39,577 bases of DNA from positions 1 through 39,577 of the forward strand of contig JAUCBJ010005793.1 of NCBI GenBank assembly GCA_032718475.1, written 5' to 3'. Both the position numbers and the translations under genes were made by a program. Source of the DNA: Nemertoderma westbladi. Lineage: Eukaryota > Animalia > Xenacoelomorpha. Below, piece by piece: positions 11,464-24,180 of this stretch (position 1 is the stretch's first letter; each line of letters opens with the position of its first letter). The notes under the pieces were generated by a model. The model had not been told where the DNA came from, made no database searches, and worked only from the letters and a program-made list of their open reading frames with translations.

Positions 11464-12429
11464 CTACATAGTCAACTTAGTTGCTGATGTTCCTGAAACA
11501 TTCCTCGGAGGCAACGGTGGCATATTTCCAGTGGAGTGGTAATAATTTCTCGGATTAGGGGATTTGGGCCGCTCTGCGGTCCCTGCTTGCTCGTTAATAT
11601 ATATATCTTCATTGCCTTCATCATCTCGCTCTGACATTTCATTTAGAATTGGGACAACGGCAGTAGCAGCCTGTGAAAGGCATAAGTAAGTATCTTCTTG
11701 ATCGAAAACTGAGGTACAATTCGATTCCCTCCTACTATGAGGTTCCTCATCTTCAACTGCTGTTCTGCCATCACCAACATCATTACCATTGATTGATTCA
11801 CCATCGTTATCCTCATAACCTGATCCTTTGCTTAATTCCCGTGTTAAAGGTTTTGTGTCTTTCAATGGCTCACCACCACAAACTAAGTGTCCGAACAAAT
11901 TATTGAAAGAGGTCTCTATGTCTGAAAAGGTAGGTGGTATGTAAGAGATAGCATGAGTTGATGAATTCAAACTCTGTGACATCTCAGAAAGAGATTCTGT
12001 CAACCTCTTTACAGTCCCTCGGATTGTGTTCTCAATCTCTAGTATTTCCCCTCTATGAGCAATGATGTTGGCACTGGATTGAGAGTTAAAAGAGTCCAGG
12101 TTCCGTTTCGCTAGCGACATCTGAAACATTTCGGTATTGAATTGACTCTTCATTGATTCGGAAGTGAAAGCAGCGCTATTCTCGAATTCCCTCAGTTGTT
12201 GCCTCATATGCTCTTCTTTGTAGTCCAGTAAGTCTTTGACGATTCTCATGCTGTTGTCAACAGTTTCTCTAACAGTAGCAAGATCTTTCTTGCGTCTTTC
12301 TTCCAGCTTATTTACATTTGAATCAAAAATGATCTTCTTATGTACACAGTCCGACTCAACAACCTCTTGCAAGAAATTGATTTTCTGGCGTAGGCTCTTT
12401 GCTACATCTTCATTCGTACATTCATTCAT
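11464..12429 (-). CDS. 321-aa uncharacterised protein: TRIM/B-box-C-terminal-like coiled coil plus acidic disordered tail with Tyr and PPLPPR motifs
   Basis: Uninterrupted 966-bp ORF in AT-rich DNA. The first ~155 aa are helical and charged, followed by ISYIP..FNNLFGHL, which resembles TRIM post-coil linkers. The tail contains EDTYLCL, EDIYINE and PPLPPR. Confidence 0.7.
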   Translation of the reverse strand: MNECTNEDVAKSLRQKINFLQEVVESDCVHKKIIFDSNVNKLEERRKKDLATVRETVDNSMRIVKDLLDYKEEHMRQQLREFENSAAFTSESMKSQFNTEMFQMSLAKRNLDSFNSQSSANIIAHRGEILEIENTIRGTVKRLTESLSEMSQSLNSSTHAISYIPPTFSDIETSFNNLFGHLVCGGEPLKDTKPLTRELSKGSGYEDNDGESINGNDVGDGRTAVEDEEPHSRRESNCTSVFDQEDTYLCLSQAATAVVPILNEMSERDDEGNEDIYINEQAGTAERPKSPNPRNYYHSTGNMPPLPPRNVSGTSATKLTM

Positions 12430-12499
12430 TCATGCAAATTTACCATGTTACAAATTTTATCCAAATTATTACAAAATTAATTGAAATTTAAATCTCATT

Positions 12500-12715
12500 G
12501 ATCGCGGGATTTCACCATGCGCCAGGGCAGTTTTCGTTTCGGCACGAATGCTTTAAAGGGACCAGCCAGGGCGCATCTCTGCCTTGCATCCATAAGTGGT
12601 AGCTAAATGAGTAGTAGAGTTTAATCTGGGGAATAAAGTTCTGGGGGGACCGCACTGAAATAAGTCGTCAGACTTTGTGCGTAATCCCTGGCCTAGCGGC
12701 CAAAGAAAATTTACT
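12500..12715 (+). mobile_element. Probable SINE remnant
   Basis: CTCTGCCTTGCATCC...GCTAAATGAGTA resembles conserved invertebrate SINE core domains. GAAATAAGTC-gtca-GACTT resembles an L2-type 3' stem-loop. No intact tRNA head. Confidence 0.4.
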
Positions 12716-12836
12716 TTTTTACTTTACTAATTAAATCGCATCCACAGGGATCCTGTTGAGAGACTGCTACATGGGAACCAAAAAGGGCCCACCGCCAAGC
12801 TTGACACTTTGTTAGATCACTGTTTATCAGATCACC

Positions 12837-12978
12837 GTTTACAACCACTGTACCTGTACTGTTTACAACCACTGTACCTGTACTGTTTACAACTACTGTA
12901 CCTGTACTGTTTACAACCACTGTACCTGTACTGTTTACAACCACTGTTCCTGTACTGTTTACAACCTGTACTGTTTAG
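12837..12978. repeat. 24-bp minisatellite (GTTTACAACCACTGTACCTGTACT)n, left block, ~5.5 copies
   Basis: Direct reading; it produces the spurious VVNSTGTV repeat ORF. Confidence 0.95.
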
Positions 12979-13089
12979 AAACAGTTCATCTATACCCTCG
13001 AAACAAGAAAAAGGCCCCCTGGACTGACCACAACATTCAGAAGTGCCGAAATGAGATCATTATACTGATGATTGGGTGATGGTAACTCT

Positions 13090-14606
13090 ACCTACTTGCT
13101 CCAGGAGTAGAAGAAATCCTGCCAAGTACCTAACTGATACTGTATAGACTTTGCTGATGACTTAGGAGTACTCTCAGAATTACTAGAGGGAGCCCAACGG
13201 CACCTCAGCTCATTAGAACAGGCTGCTTCTAGTGTTGGTCTTTTTATTAACTCCAAAAAGACCACAATTTTGACAGTTAACTTTGAAAGTCCTCAGCAAG
13301 TCTCTGATCGGATGAGCATAAGCTTAAATGATGGTATGCTTGAGCATGTGGACGACTTCTGTTACCTGGGATCATGGATCCGGAAGTCAGGTGAGGACCT
13401 ACGAATACGTAAGGGAAAGGCATGGGCAACCTTGACTAGGCTTTCCAGGGTTTGGAAGTCACCGAGAATTAATCGGAAACTTAAGGTCCGATTATTTAGA
13501 GCAGCAGTAGTTCCGGTACTCCTCTATGGGTGTCCATGCTGGGCTCTAACTGCTGAGGACACCAAATCTCTGGATGGCACATTCACAAGAATGCTACGCC
13601 CGGTTCATTGTGTCAAGTACAATGCACACATCTCCAACCAGACACTATATAACATTGGAGGTATCTCATTGGTTCCCCCAAGCTTGACACTAGAACAAAA
13701 TCGCCTCCGCTTTGCAGGACATTGCTTTCGCCGTGAGGACCAGCCAGTGCATAATCTTGTAATTTGGCAGCCTCATGGAGTGAATAAGCATGGTGGACAG
13801 CCCATGACTTTCTTGAAACGCATCTTAAAGGACACTGGCCTTGAAGATGCGGATGATCTAGCAAATGTCATGGGTGATTGGGAGTTGTGATGGCGCAATT
13901 TTGTCGACAAGCCGGCACAGCATTCTTAAAAATGCAGCTGCAATGCAGCATGCCGATCCTAGTAGTAGTATGCTTGAGCATGTGGATGACTTATGTTACC
14001 TGGGATCATGGATCCGGAAGTCAGGTGAGGACCTTCGAATACGTATGGGAAAGGCATGGGCAGCCTTGAATAGGCTTTCCAGGGTTTGGAAGTCACCGAG
14101 AATTAATCGGAAACTTAAGGTCCGATTATTTAGAGCAGCAGTAGTTCCAGTACTCCTCTATGGGAGTCCATGCTGGGCTCTAACTGCTGAGGACACCAAA
14201 TCTCTGGATGGCACATTCACAAGAATGCTACGCCGGGTTCATTGTGTCAAGTACAATGCACACATCTCCAACCAGACACTATATAACATTGGAGGTATCT
14301 CATTGGTTCCCCCAAGCTTGTTGACACTAGAACAAAATTGCCTCCGCTTTGCAGGACATTGCTTTCGCCGTCAGGACCAGCCAGTGCATAATCTTGTAAT
14401 TTAGCAGCCTCATGGAGTGAATAAGCATGGTGGACAGCCCATGACTTTCTTGAGACGCATCTTAAAGGACACTGGCCTTGAAGATGCGGATGATCTAGCA
14501 AATGTCATGGGTGATAGGGAGTTGTGGCGGTGCAATTTTGTCGACAAGCTGGCACGGCAAATGCAGCTGCAATGCAGCATGCCGATCCTAGCAGTAGTAG
14601 TAGTAG
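13090..14606 (+). mobile_element. RTE-clade LINE, 5'-truncated, with tandemly duplicated 3' ~635 bp and (GTA)n tails
   Basis: SRRNPAKYLTDIDFADD (after removing a 5-bp insert), GLFINSKKT, FCYLGSWI, KVRLFRAAVVPVLLYG, RLRFAGHCFR. Copy A ends CCTAGTAGTAGTA at 13970. Copy B (13971-14606) repeats 13337-13970. Confidence 0.93.
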
Positions 14607-14787
14607 TTTACAACCACTGTACCTGTACTGTTTACATGTTTACAACCACTATACCTGTACTGTTTAAAACCACTGTACCTATACTGTTTACAACCAATGT
14701 GCCTGTACTGTTTACAAACACTGTACCTGTACTGTTTACAACCATACCTGTACTGTTTACAAGCACTGTACATGTACTGTTTACAAC
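14606..14787. repeat. 24-bp minisatellite, right block (more diverged), ~7 copies
   Basis: Same unit as 12837-12978. Confidence 0.9.
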
Positions 14788-14789
14788 AC

Positions 14790-15222
14790 GCCATGAAGTC
14801 CAGCCTGTGCACAATCTGGTGATCTGGTAGCCTCATATAGAAAATAAGCATTATTATATATTTTTGTTGGGCACAGCTTTGCAAACTCGGCAATGACGTC
14901 CTGGTGGGATCGAACTGGTGACCTCCGGGGGTTGGAAGTTTGACGCTCTAACCATTCAGGTAGCGGCTAAGGTAAAAAGTAGACCTGGAAATACTACATG
15001 ATATCTTGTTTGTCCGCAATTTACGTCCTCATGGCCTCCCATCTGTTAATCTGTTGCCACTGTGCTCAATCCTACTGTACTTGGCCGTCTCTGAAACCAC
15101 TCATTCACAAAACTCCTAATAAATTATAAAAATATGCATGGTAGTCAGCCCATCTCTTATGACGCATCTTAAAGGACAATGTACTTGAAGATGCGAATTA
15201 TCTCGCATAAGTCATGGGGGAT
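14790..15222 (+). mobile_element. Older RTE 3' fragment split by a ~300-bp insertion
   Basis: 14790-14836 (RHEVQPVHNLVIW) and ~15135-15222 (CGCATCTTAAAGGAC...GAAGATGCG) align to consecutive parts of the RTE copies upstream. Confidence 0.7.
14895..14967 (-). mobile_element. tRNA-derived SINE head (Pol III A and B boxes)
   Basis: Minus strand has TACCTGAATGGTTAGAGCG and, at tRNA spacing, AGTTCGATCCC. Acceptor and anticodon stems do not pair. Confidence 0.6.
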
Positions 15223-15949
15223 GAAACCTAATAGAGACTTTTCTTTTTGTATTACAACCTGCTACATAACAAGTAGATGTTAGCTAATAGTTTGAAGTAA
15301 TATTGACATTAGAATAATCGTAAAGTAAACTTGACATTCAAGAATCAAGAAATACTACTGTAGGACAACCATGAGTATCCTATTCCATAGCTATAACAAA
15401 AATTAAAATATGTTTTACAGTAAAGTTTGTTATTCCTATAATACGTAAATTTAATCACTGGTTGATAGCTATTCATGGGTGTATTTTACCTGGCTCAAAA
15501 TACAATCGTTAAACTTGGCAACAATGCCGAATTCTATAATGCCAAGAAAATTCTTGACAACCCAACTTTCCATTGCATTGCATTGGTTGGCAAAGGAAGT
15601 TATTAATTAGTAATCGCGATGCGCGATAAGTGACACGTTCGTGGGGCTTTCGCGCAGCACGAGAGCCTATATTAGAAAGTACATTATACTAATCTATATT
15701 AGATATACGAAAACCGTCGTTCCCAAAATATATATGAGTGAAGGCGATGCTATCAGTTTGTGATAAACTAGTTGTAAAAACAGAGATACATTTCAGTTTG
15801 CCCTTACACACTTTAACTGTCATTTGTAAACCTTCTAACTCGGGCTATTTGAGTTAAGTATGACATTTTTAGTATTACAATACTCTTCTCCTTCATTAGC
15901 CTCGTTGCGCTCGTCCTGTTTTGTCTTAAAATAATTTTCTTAAACGGAG

Positions 15950-16270
15950 ACTAACGACCTTTATAACTATGCAAAGTCTCGAAACTGTGAGAGTAACTGC
16001 TTATTTATGGCAGATGGATACTTGTAACCAATGTAAACTCGTTGCGTTCTTTCGTTTTTTCCAAACTTCCGATTCTTTCTAAACTTTTGCCGGACTACAT
16101 ACGTACCAAGTTTCGTTTAATTTCATCGAGGAAAAACCGAGTTGTTAGCGATCAAAACTTTTCGACGACGACGACGACAGACGACGACAGACGACGACGA
16201 CGACAGACAACTCGTTCATGGCACCCATATGCTAAGGCTTCGCTCACTTCGTGGCTCGCCCCACACTATG
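15950..16270 (+). mobile_element. Helentron-associated (HINE/DINE-like) non-autonomous element with (GAC)n/GACA microsatellite; left boundary uncertain
   Basis: TACCAAGTTTCG motif, then a GAC repeat at ~16163-16209, then the end GCTCACTTCGTGGCTCGCCCCAC. An inverted partial copy of this end is at ~31483-31505. Confidence 0.5.
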
Positions 16271-16879
16271 ATTGGTTAAAACTCTACCAAGAAATAATTA
16301 AGTAGCAACTTATATTAATTATCTAAAAATAAATAATAAATTAGCAACTGAAATATAACCTATTTACCCATCTTAGCCTTTTCCACCTATATAATAAGTG
16401 TGTTTTAATTTACTATAATATTACGGATATAACCCCCTAAAACAGAACTGTATGTAATTGATTGAACCTCAACGCTAACCTTAATTACTTCATTCAGTAG
16501 TGGGGAATGGATCCTGGGTCATTTGAAACCAGCCATGAGTTTCTCAAGCCCAGCCATTTGGAATGATTTTCCGACTTCAGTCAAGGAAATCTATTCACAT
16601 ATGTCTTACTCTTTTTAATTTCAGTGTTACTAACTTCTTAATTAATACAGTAATAGGTATTATGGTGCAGGAATTCTGAGGTCTGACCTCCCAGACCAAT
16701 ACTGATTGGTGTTCTATTTTATTTGGAGTTCTATTTTACTTGTATTGTTTCTGCTGTTTCATCAATTTAAGAATAAAAATAATGTATTCCACATACCAAG
16801 AAAGCGGATCTATTTTTTTATTCCACCGATATAACAGTACAGTAGTTACTTTAAAAAATAGGTTATTATTTGTTTAAAC

Positions 16880-18411
16880 TAGGGTTTAAAAAAAACACAA
16901 GGGTTGTTTTAAACGTTACGTTTTAAACGTTAGATGTTTCGAAACACTGTTTTTTTTTTGTTTTTTTTTTACGGATAAAAAAAACAAGTGTTTTTTTAAA
17001 CAAAGACTGCTTAAACAATATGAGCTATAAATGCATGGTATACCTATAATTCACACCACCTCTCCCATATACCGGTACTGTATATTTAGTAATACAGTAA
17101 TAGGCCGAAGCTTTCAGTTGAGCGGGTGAACTGAACAGCCGCCAGCTCTTCATGCACTCCAAGGCACGGAACCGGCTCGTCGTTCATCGTGTAAACCAGT
17201 TGATCGCTGCCTGGAGTCAACTGCAGCTGCTAAGGCGAGGGAAAGGGAGGCTGTGGCCTACTGCAGAATTGCTTCTGAGTGGCTAAGAGCAGTGATGTCC
17301 CGGTGGTTCCTGAACAGTCCGATGACTGCGTTAAGATTGACGAGGATGGGAGTGACAGTGACTGGACTGATTGTGATTATGTTTCTGTGCAGTTTGATAT
17401 TACTGTCAGTACTAAGGTGACCCGACGTCCCGCTTTCGGCGGGACAGTCCCGCTTTTGAGTCCCTGTCCCACTGTCCCCCGAGATGCCTGGCGGGACGCC
17501 CGATTGTCCCGCTTTGGCTGAAACGATCTTGCCTTTCTAATGAAATGTTGAATATTATTTTGACTCTAAACTGAACTAAACCTTATTGTATGTAAATTTG
17601 AAATGACTGATCTGCCGCACTGCACTGCAGCTGTTAAGTCCACCCACAACTACCTGTATGGGCTGACTGAAATCGAAACTAAAACCATTTATACAACAAA
17701 AACTGGCTGCCTGCATATTACCGTTTACTGATGAACTTATGTTTAAAGATATCGAACAAGCTTCATTTGTTTCATTTTCCTTTGACAGTTCAAACCGAAT
17801 GGTGCGGTGGCTGATTGCGGCCTATTATTTCCATTTTTTAATGTTTTTCACCTGGGTGAAAAATATTGAAATGTTTAACTATTGACTTTCGGTGATTGTT
17901 TTGATTAGAATAACATGCCACTGTAACCTGATCCTTTCCCTTAATTGATTATTAAGATGGGTCGAGATATTAATCGCCAAGAGTGAATCTGGATCAAAAT
18001 GATAGCTTTCGATATTATTTATAAGGAATCTAACTACTGTACATGTGTTCAGAGTTCTGACACATTCCTGGCGTGTTTTTCACCCGAGTCATAATGTTTT
18101 TCACCTGGGTGATAAACTGACTTTTCTTCAGACCAAACTGGGCTCAGTTTAGGTGTCCCGCTTTGGCACTCTGTGAATCTGGTCTCCTTAGTCAGTACGG
18201 TAGTGTGAATGTTGCTGTTGGTGTCAGGGTAGGTCATTGTACAATAAATTGTATAATTAAATATTAAACGCCTTAAAAATAAATTCGAGATACTGATATT
18301 GAAGCAACAGCTTAAAAAAAACATAAAAAACAATAAAAAACATTAAAAAAAAACAAAAAAAAAACGTTTTAAACAAATGGTTTTTGAAAATCGTGTTTTT
18401 TTTAAACCGTA
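16880..18411 (+). mobile_element. Non-autonomous hAT element with transposase C-terminal remnant
   Basis: TIRs TAGGGTTTAAAAAAAACAC / GTGTTTTTTTTAAACCGTA with perfect 8-bp TSD GTTTAAAC (16872-16879, 18412-18419). Internal ~17110-17240 encodes SVERVN...MHSKARNRLVVHRVNQLI, typical of the hAT dimerisation region. Confidence 0.88.
17413..18190. mobile_element. hAT (Blackjack-type) MITE nested in the previous element
   Basis: Ends TAAGGTGACC / GGTCTCCTTA, repeated GTCCCG subterminal motifs, perfect 8-bp TSD GTCAGTAC (17405-17412, 18191-18198). Confidence 0.88.
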
Positions 18412-21249
18412 GTTTAAACTGTAAAGATATTAATGTAATAGACAATGACAGAATGAACACATCGGTAGGCCAACTGTACTGTACAAAGTACAGTAGCGAT
18501 AATGACCTACTGTATGTAGGTTGTGCTGTTTGCAGTCGGCGTGACTGTAAAATACTGTACAATCAAACTGAAGAATTCTGTTACTTTTTTCACGCCGTGT
18601 TATATATAGCGCCCCATATAGCCCATCATTGAGTTTACTTTATTTCACGGCGTATGTCATCCCGACTTAAAAATAAAATAATATTAATTGCATTATTATA
18701 TTCTACTTTATTATAACTGGTTAATGACATGTATACCATATAATGTGATCACCAGGATATCATGTAAGAATAGTTTGTAACCTATCACGTGTGTCTGTTT
18801 CTCAAATTCTATTAACCAAATTAATCATAATTGTCCATAAAATAATTGCAATATTTGACATTATTATTATTATCATGACCACTGTCTTGGTAGTTATGTC
18901 ACAAAACATATTGACAATAATAAACAATTACAATACGTAAACCTGATATACCTTTGTTTAGAATGTACAGTATGTAATACAGTATACTATTATACACAGA
19001 TCTTATGTACAGTACAGTGAAACAGTAGGTCTATGGTTATAATTCCTGAGCATTATACAATATGTAAGCACGTAGAAGACCCAGGCCTACTTAAAAGTAA
19101 AACCAATACCGGTACTTGTAAATAATTAACAAAATACAATTTTTGACCCAAAATGTTACTATCCCTCCTTTACTGTTTTGGTTCATCTGGCCTCCCTTTC
19201 TGACCCACTCCCTTCACCGACCTTCATAAATATAATTAAACGTAATAAAATTAAGTACCGGGAGTACAGTATTACATACTTTAGTGCTGTATTTTCTTCC
19301 ATTATTCAGTGTGGTAGGTACTGTACAACAAAGTACGCCTACAAACTACATACTGTACAGTACAACAGGCATTAAGAAACCATCTAATTGATTACGATTT
19401 TTTGAATATGTTATTTCTTTATGAAAATTTTGACGTGAAATTTTAACACCAAAAGAAGAGGCGGCGAGGAGCTTGTGAAGCGAGATTTAACAATATAGGG
19501 GAATATTATACAGTTAGCAACTACTGTACAATATAAAAAATATAATCTATATATAGTAATAACTAAGTACCCCAAACCATTAAGTTTCTGCCACCCATTA
19601 CCGGTGAGGCGATTACGTTTATGTCTTCGGTTGAATACATTGTTACATCATTCGTGATTAGAAAACAAGATGTAGTGAACCTGTACGTACAGTATTAGGC
19701 GTGCATAATTATTGTTCACTGGATATCAGTTGAGTGCAACATTTCCATAACTTCTTCTCTACAAGTCGTCGACAAATAATCTCAGCACAATGATGAGCTG
19801 AACTACAGCAAAGCAAACAATGAGGATCGTTCCGGCCATTTTCTTTGTTTTTGAGGATGTTAAACAACAACGACTCTATTAGCTGAGCAAATAAATATAA
19901 ATTATATGCTTGTTATATAAATTGCAAGTGAGTTTCTTATGTATGAAAAATATATATTATGAATAAAAAATAGAAATTGTATGATGAAAAATATATATTA
20001 GATAAACAGGTGAAAAATATATATTCAGATAGACAGGTTTGGACTAATGGTCAATTTGAGAGAAACGAGAGAGCATGTGTTCGAAAGTTCAATTGGAACA
20101 ATTAATAATTCAGAAAGTTTTAATTAACGAACAAAGAGAGCGAGTACGGTATAGGTGGAACGAGTTCGCGAAGGCACACTAGTCATGTTAATGAACTGAA
20201 CAGGTCGGAATTGGGCGGGCGATGTACAAATAAAGGGAGTGTCTATGAAAAGCTAACAAGGAAAGAGTATGCGAGGGAAATACAAAGTTAACACTTGCGA
20301 AAATAGTGATAATGAGAGAAACCAGAATATGGGACTCATGAACCAAATGTTTGCGAAAGTGTGCGAAATGAGAAGTGCGTTAGTAGCGTTTAAGAAACGT
20401 TATAGCGCGTTTTGATTGGAAAAAATAACAAAATGCCGCGAATATATTACTGTAGTGGTCTAATTTTAGCAATCAGCAATAAATAACCCATATGGCCTAC
20501 ATTTCTAATAAAAACGTATAAATTCTAAACAACTACTGTGTGATGTGAAGGACCCAAAGTGTCGGAATGACAGGAATGTATTCAATTATTCTTAAATCTT
20601 ATACGAATGCCTACACCGTGTAATTAACAAACAGAGGATAACTACAGTACATAATATAAGATTAACTAGCTACAATGAGTAGGTATCAACAACATCAACT
20701 TTATTGACTTAAATTTTCTTGTTAAGTTTTATGAATGCGGATGATAACAAGGAATAATTATTGTTCCCTATTGATTCTTAGGTGCGGCGTCCCATGGCGT
20801 AAACACTGCATGGAACGCTGGTTATTCTATAGGCTCATCCTATGCGTACGAACAACAATTACACTTTACATACAGTAGAAAACTCAATGCAAGTTAGAAC
20901 AGATGCAGCTGTCATGTACATGTATGATGTACATATAGGCTACATGTAGTAGGCGTACAGTAAGTAATGATATTGCGTAACCCATTGCCTAATTATATTC
21001 TCACAACCTTATCTTTCCGGGAATAATATGATTAACAAGTCATACAATAAACGAGACAAGTGGGACTAGAAGCAAACCCAATCTCGGTGAAATAAAACTG
21101 TAGGTATCTCGACTCAATGTTATTAATGTTAAATTATAAATTTTTGGTGGAAGGAACAAGTTATAGTGGCACGTTATTCAAACAAAAACAATACACGAAA
21201 GTCAATAGAACTGGTTAAAAGTTTTTGAGAGTAATCAGCAATTTTTGAC

Positions 21250-22655
21250 AGAATCATAAGTTAGGCCAGATGGGTGTAGGTTCTTTTGACTGGTTCGAGT
21301 CCTACCTGTCAGACAGAGGTCAAACTGTAGTCATTAGCAAATCGCAGTCTACTGTACAAGAGATTACCTGTGGTGTACCGCAAGGTAGTATATTAGGTCC
21401 ACTGCTTTTTGTATGCTATGTAAATGATATGATAAGTAGTATAGATCCCGATTTTAAACTCATTTTATATGCCGACGACAGTGCTCTTATTTTCTCTCAT
21501 AAAGATCCTATCCATATTTCCCAAAAGTTAAGTGCAGTTCTAGAATCCTGTAATGAGTGGTTGGTTGATAATAAGCTATCCATTCACTACGGTAAGACTG
21601 AAAGTATGTTGTTTGGTTCCAAAAGAAAGTTAAAGAAGGTAACTAAGTTTGAAGTCACTAGTAATGGACATAAGATTGAAAATAAAAAGGAAGTTAAATA
21701 TTTAGGCGCCACATTGGATAACTGCATATCAGGAGAAAGCATAGTGAAAAATATTTTCTCGAAAGTTAACAGTAGGCTTAGGTGTCTATACAGAAATAAA
21801 AATAGTTTAAACACCGACTCCCGCAAGTTACTTTGCTCTTCTTTAATACAGTGTCACATGGACTATGCGTGCTCTTCTTGGTATGACGGCTTAACCAAAC
21901 AGCAAACAGCTTAAATGTAAATTACAAGTACAGTAGCTCAGAATAAAGTAGTACGATTTATTAAAGACTACAAACCTAGGCACCACCAAACTCAAGATGA
22001 CTTTTCTGAATCTGTACTGTTTAACTTAGATAGTAGAGTTAAGCAGCTACGCCTTAACCATGTACATAAAGTGTATAATGGTAAATGTCCCAATTACCTA
22101 AAACAAAAATTCAACAGAGTACGCGGTACACACTCTTACAGTACCAGAGCTAGTGCTTCAAACTTTTCTTCAATCTGATACTTTCTTTTTTAACGGTATT
22201 AAAAATTGGAACGCTCTGCCAAATGAAATTAAAAACCTAGATAATCATCATTCTTTTAAATCTGCAGTTAAATCTATTCATCAGTAAAAATAGGTACAAT
22301 AGTCCTACAGTAAGTTATTAGTTTATTAATTATTTACTATTTATACTGTAATTACGTTTTATAATAAATTGTTCTGTACATTACATCTTTATCGTTGAGT
22401 CGGGCATTGTCACGCTCTCGGTAAAGTTGTACATGTACATAGTGTAATTACGTTTTATATTGGTTTTAGGTTAGCGTAGTGTAATATTGTATTTGTAACC
22501 AAGTAACATAAAGGACCCCCTTGGAAATAAGCTGCAAAGCATTAGGGGTAATCCTATATGTTATGTTGGACAATACCTTTATACCGGTACATTGTTTGGT
22601 GTATTTTTTATTGTTTTTACATAATGTATAAATAAATCGATCTAAAATAATCTAT
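21250..22655 (+). mobile_element. 5'-truncated L2/CR1-group LINE (Crack/Daphne-like): RT C-terminal half, 3' UTR and tail
   Basis: WFESYLSDRGQ, GVPQGSILGPLLF..YVND, LYADDS, KYLG, MDYACSSW, KLQVAQNK, WNALP. 3' stem-loop GGACCCCCTTGGAAATAAG...AGGGGTAATCC (~22513-22554) and AATAAA near 22628. Confidence 0.92.
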
Positions 22656-24180
22656 AGCTGTTATTTGTGTCGATTTAACCCTGGAAATGGATTAATTTTG
22701 ATTGAATAGAAATCCCCACTCTTTTCACTCTTGTTCGGGGTAATACTTCCGTTTAATAAGGATAAATTGAAAAAAATACGAAATTCTTATATAGGGCCTA
22801 CTGAAATTTCAACAGAAAAGTGAAAACCTGGTATTCTTCACATAGACGACGGTGGAGAGTGAGGAGGGTTGAACCAAAATGTATAAAAAATTAGTATATT
22901 ATGTTTCACATCGTAACTTCAGGCTGAAATTATTTCACAAACCTAAAACAATCTATTCCGCATCTATTGGAATACATATTAAGTAAGGTGCTAAAATAAT
23001 GTATTATATGAGAAATGGACGTTTTCCCGAGCTGAGTTTTCTGGTTCACGCCTCCTAGGCCTAGCCTTGAATCAGGGGGGTTAGGAGGGTTGAACCACCC
23101 ATAGAAGCAATGTTAGCAAAGGAAAATACAGTATGTCAATGAAAGTTAGTCTCTCTGTCTATTTGTCAGTGTATTTTCAGTGTTTGTCTGCAAGTGAATT
23201 TTCCCTTTTGTCAAATAAACTTCAACTCAATTTAAAAACTGTCGTTTTTTAATTTATATCGTTGCACATTGCATTGCATTAGAAGATGATTAATTAAGTA
23301 TAGGCTAATTCACATTGAGTTAATTATTGTTTATTTTGTTAAAATTATTTTGTTAGGAAATCGGGTATCGGGTGCGTTTATTATTTCCACCCCCCCCCCC
23401 CCCCCCCCCCCCCCCATCCATAGGCCTACCTGTAGATAAATATCCAAAACAACCAATAAGAAAGTGGTTCAATCATCCACCCATCCATTGATTCAAGCCT
23501 CCCACACTACTCCATTTTTTGAAAATGCATTGTGTACGAAAAGTGCAGACCAGTGACGTAATCATCCATACCTAATTTTGAAGCAGAATAATTTCTCCAC
23601 CAGAAAAGTATCACATTTATTGGTGAATTGTAAAATCAATTAAATGGAAGGGATCCTAAACACAAGTATCAGTTCTAGAAAACAGGTGACAAAAGTTTAC
23701 TTTACTTCATAACAAAACAGCATGTAGGCTAGAGTTGGTTGAACTAAATACAACAATAGGTGAAGTTTTTAATTGTATTTCTAATGGTGTACCCATGGAA
23801 ACGCCCAACCCAAGCGTTCTTCTTTAAATCGCACTGATTCACCCCTCCTCATGGTTCAACCCTCCCTGCTCTCCCCTACAGCAGACGACTTTTAGGACAA
23901 GAGAGAGAGAGATCCAGTGAAAACAATTCACTTCTACACAAATAATCCAGTCATTATATTTAGGAGTCGTTTTAGCCCATTTTATAGAGGCGATAACGCC
24001 ATTCCAAAGGATGAACTCAGTTACGTGTGATTTTATAAGAAACTACAAGAACGACGTTTCATCTCAAAATAATGAATAAATCAATGTACAAACCTGTTCG
24101 TTGAGCTAGCAGAAACTTCTAGATAGAGCGTCATATTAGGGTTCATAGCGTTACAGCCAACTAAAGTACAATATATTCTA

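Noticed and set aside
12711-14893. VVNSTGTV and CKQYRYS repeat proteins
   Set aside because: Translations of the 24-bp minisatellite.
14895-14967. Functional tRNA gene
   Set aside because: A and B boxes are present but acceptor and anticodon stems do not pair; treated as a SINE head.
22850-23880. MITE defined by GGAGGGTTGAACC inverted motifs (~22862, ~23084, ~23853)
   Set aside because: Probably TE-derived, but I could not define termini or a TSD.
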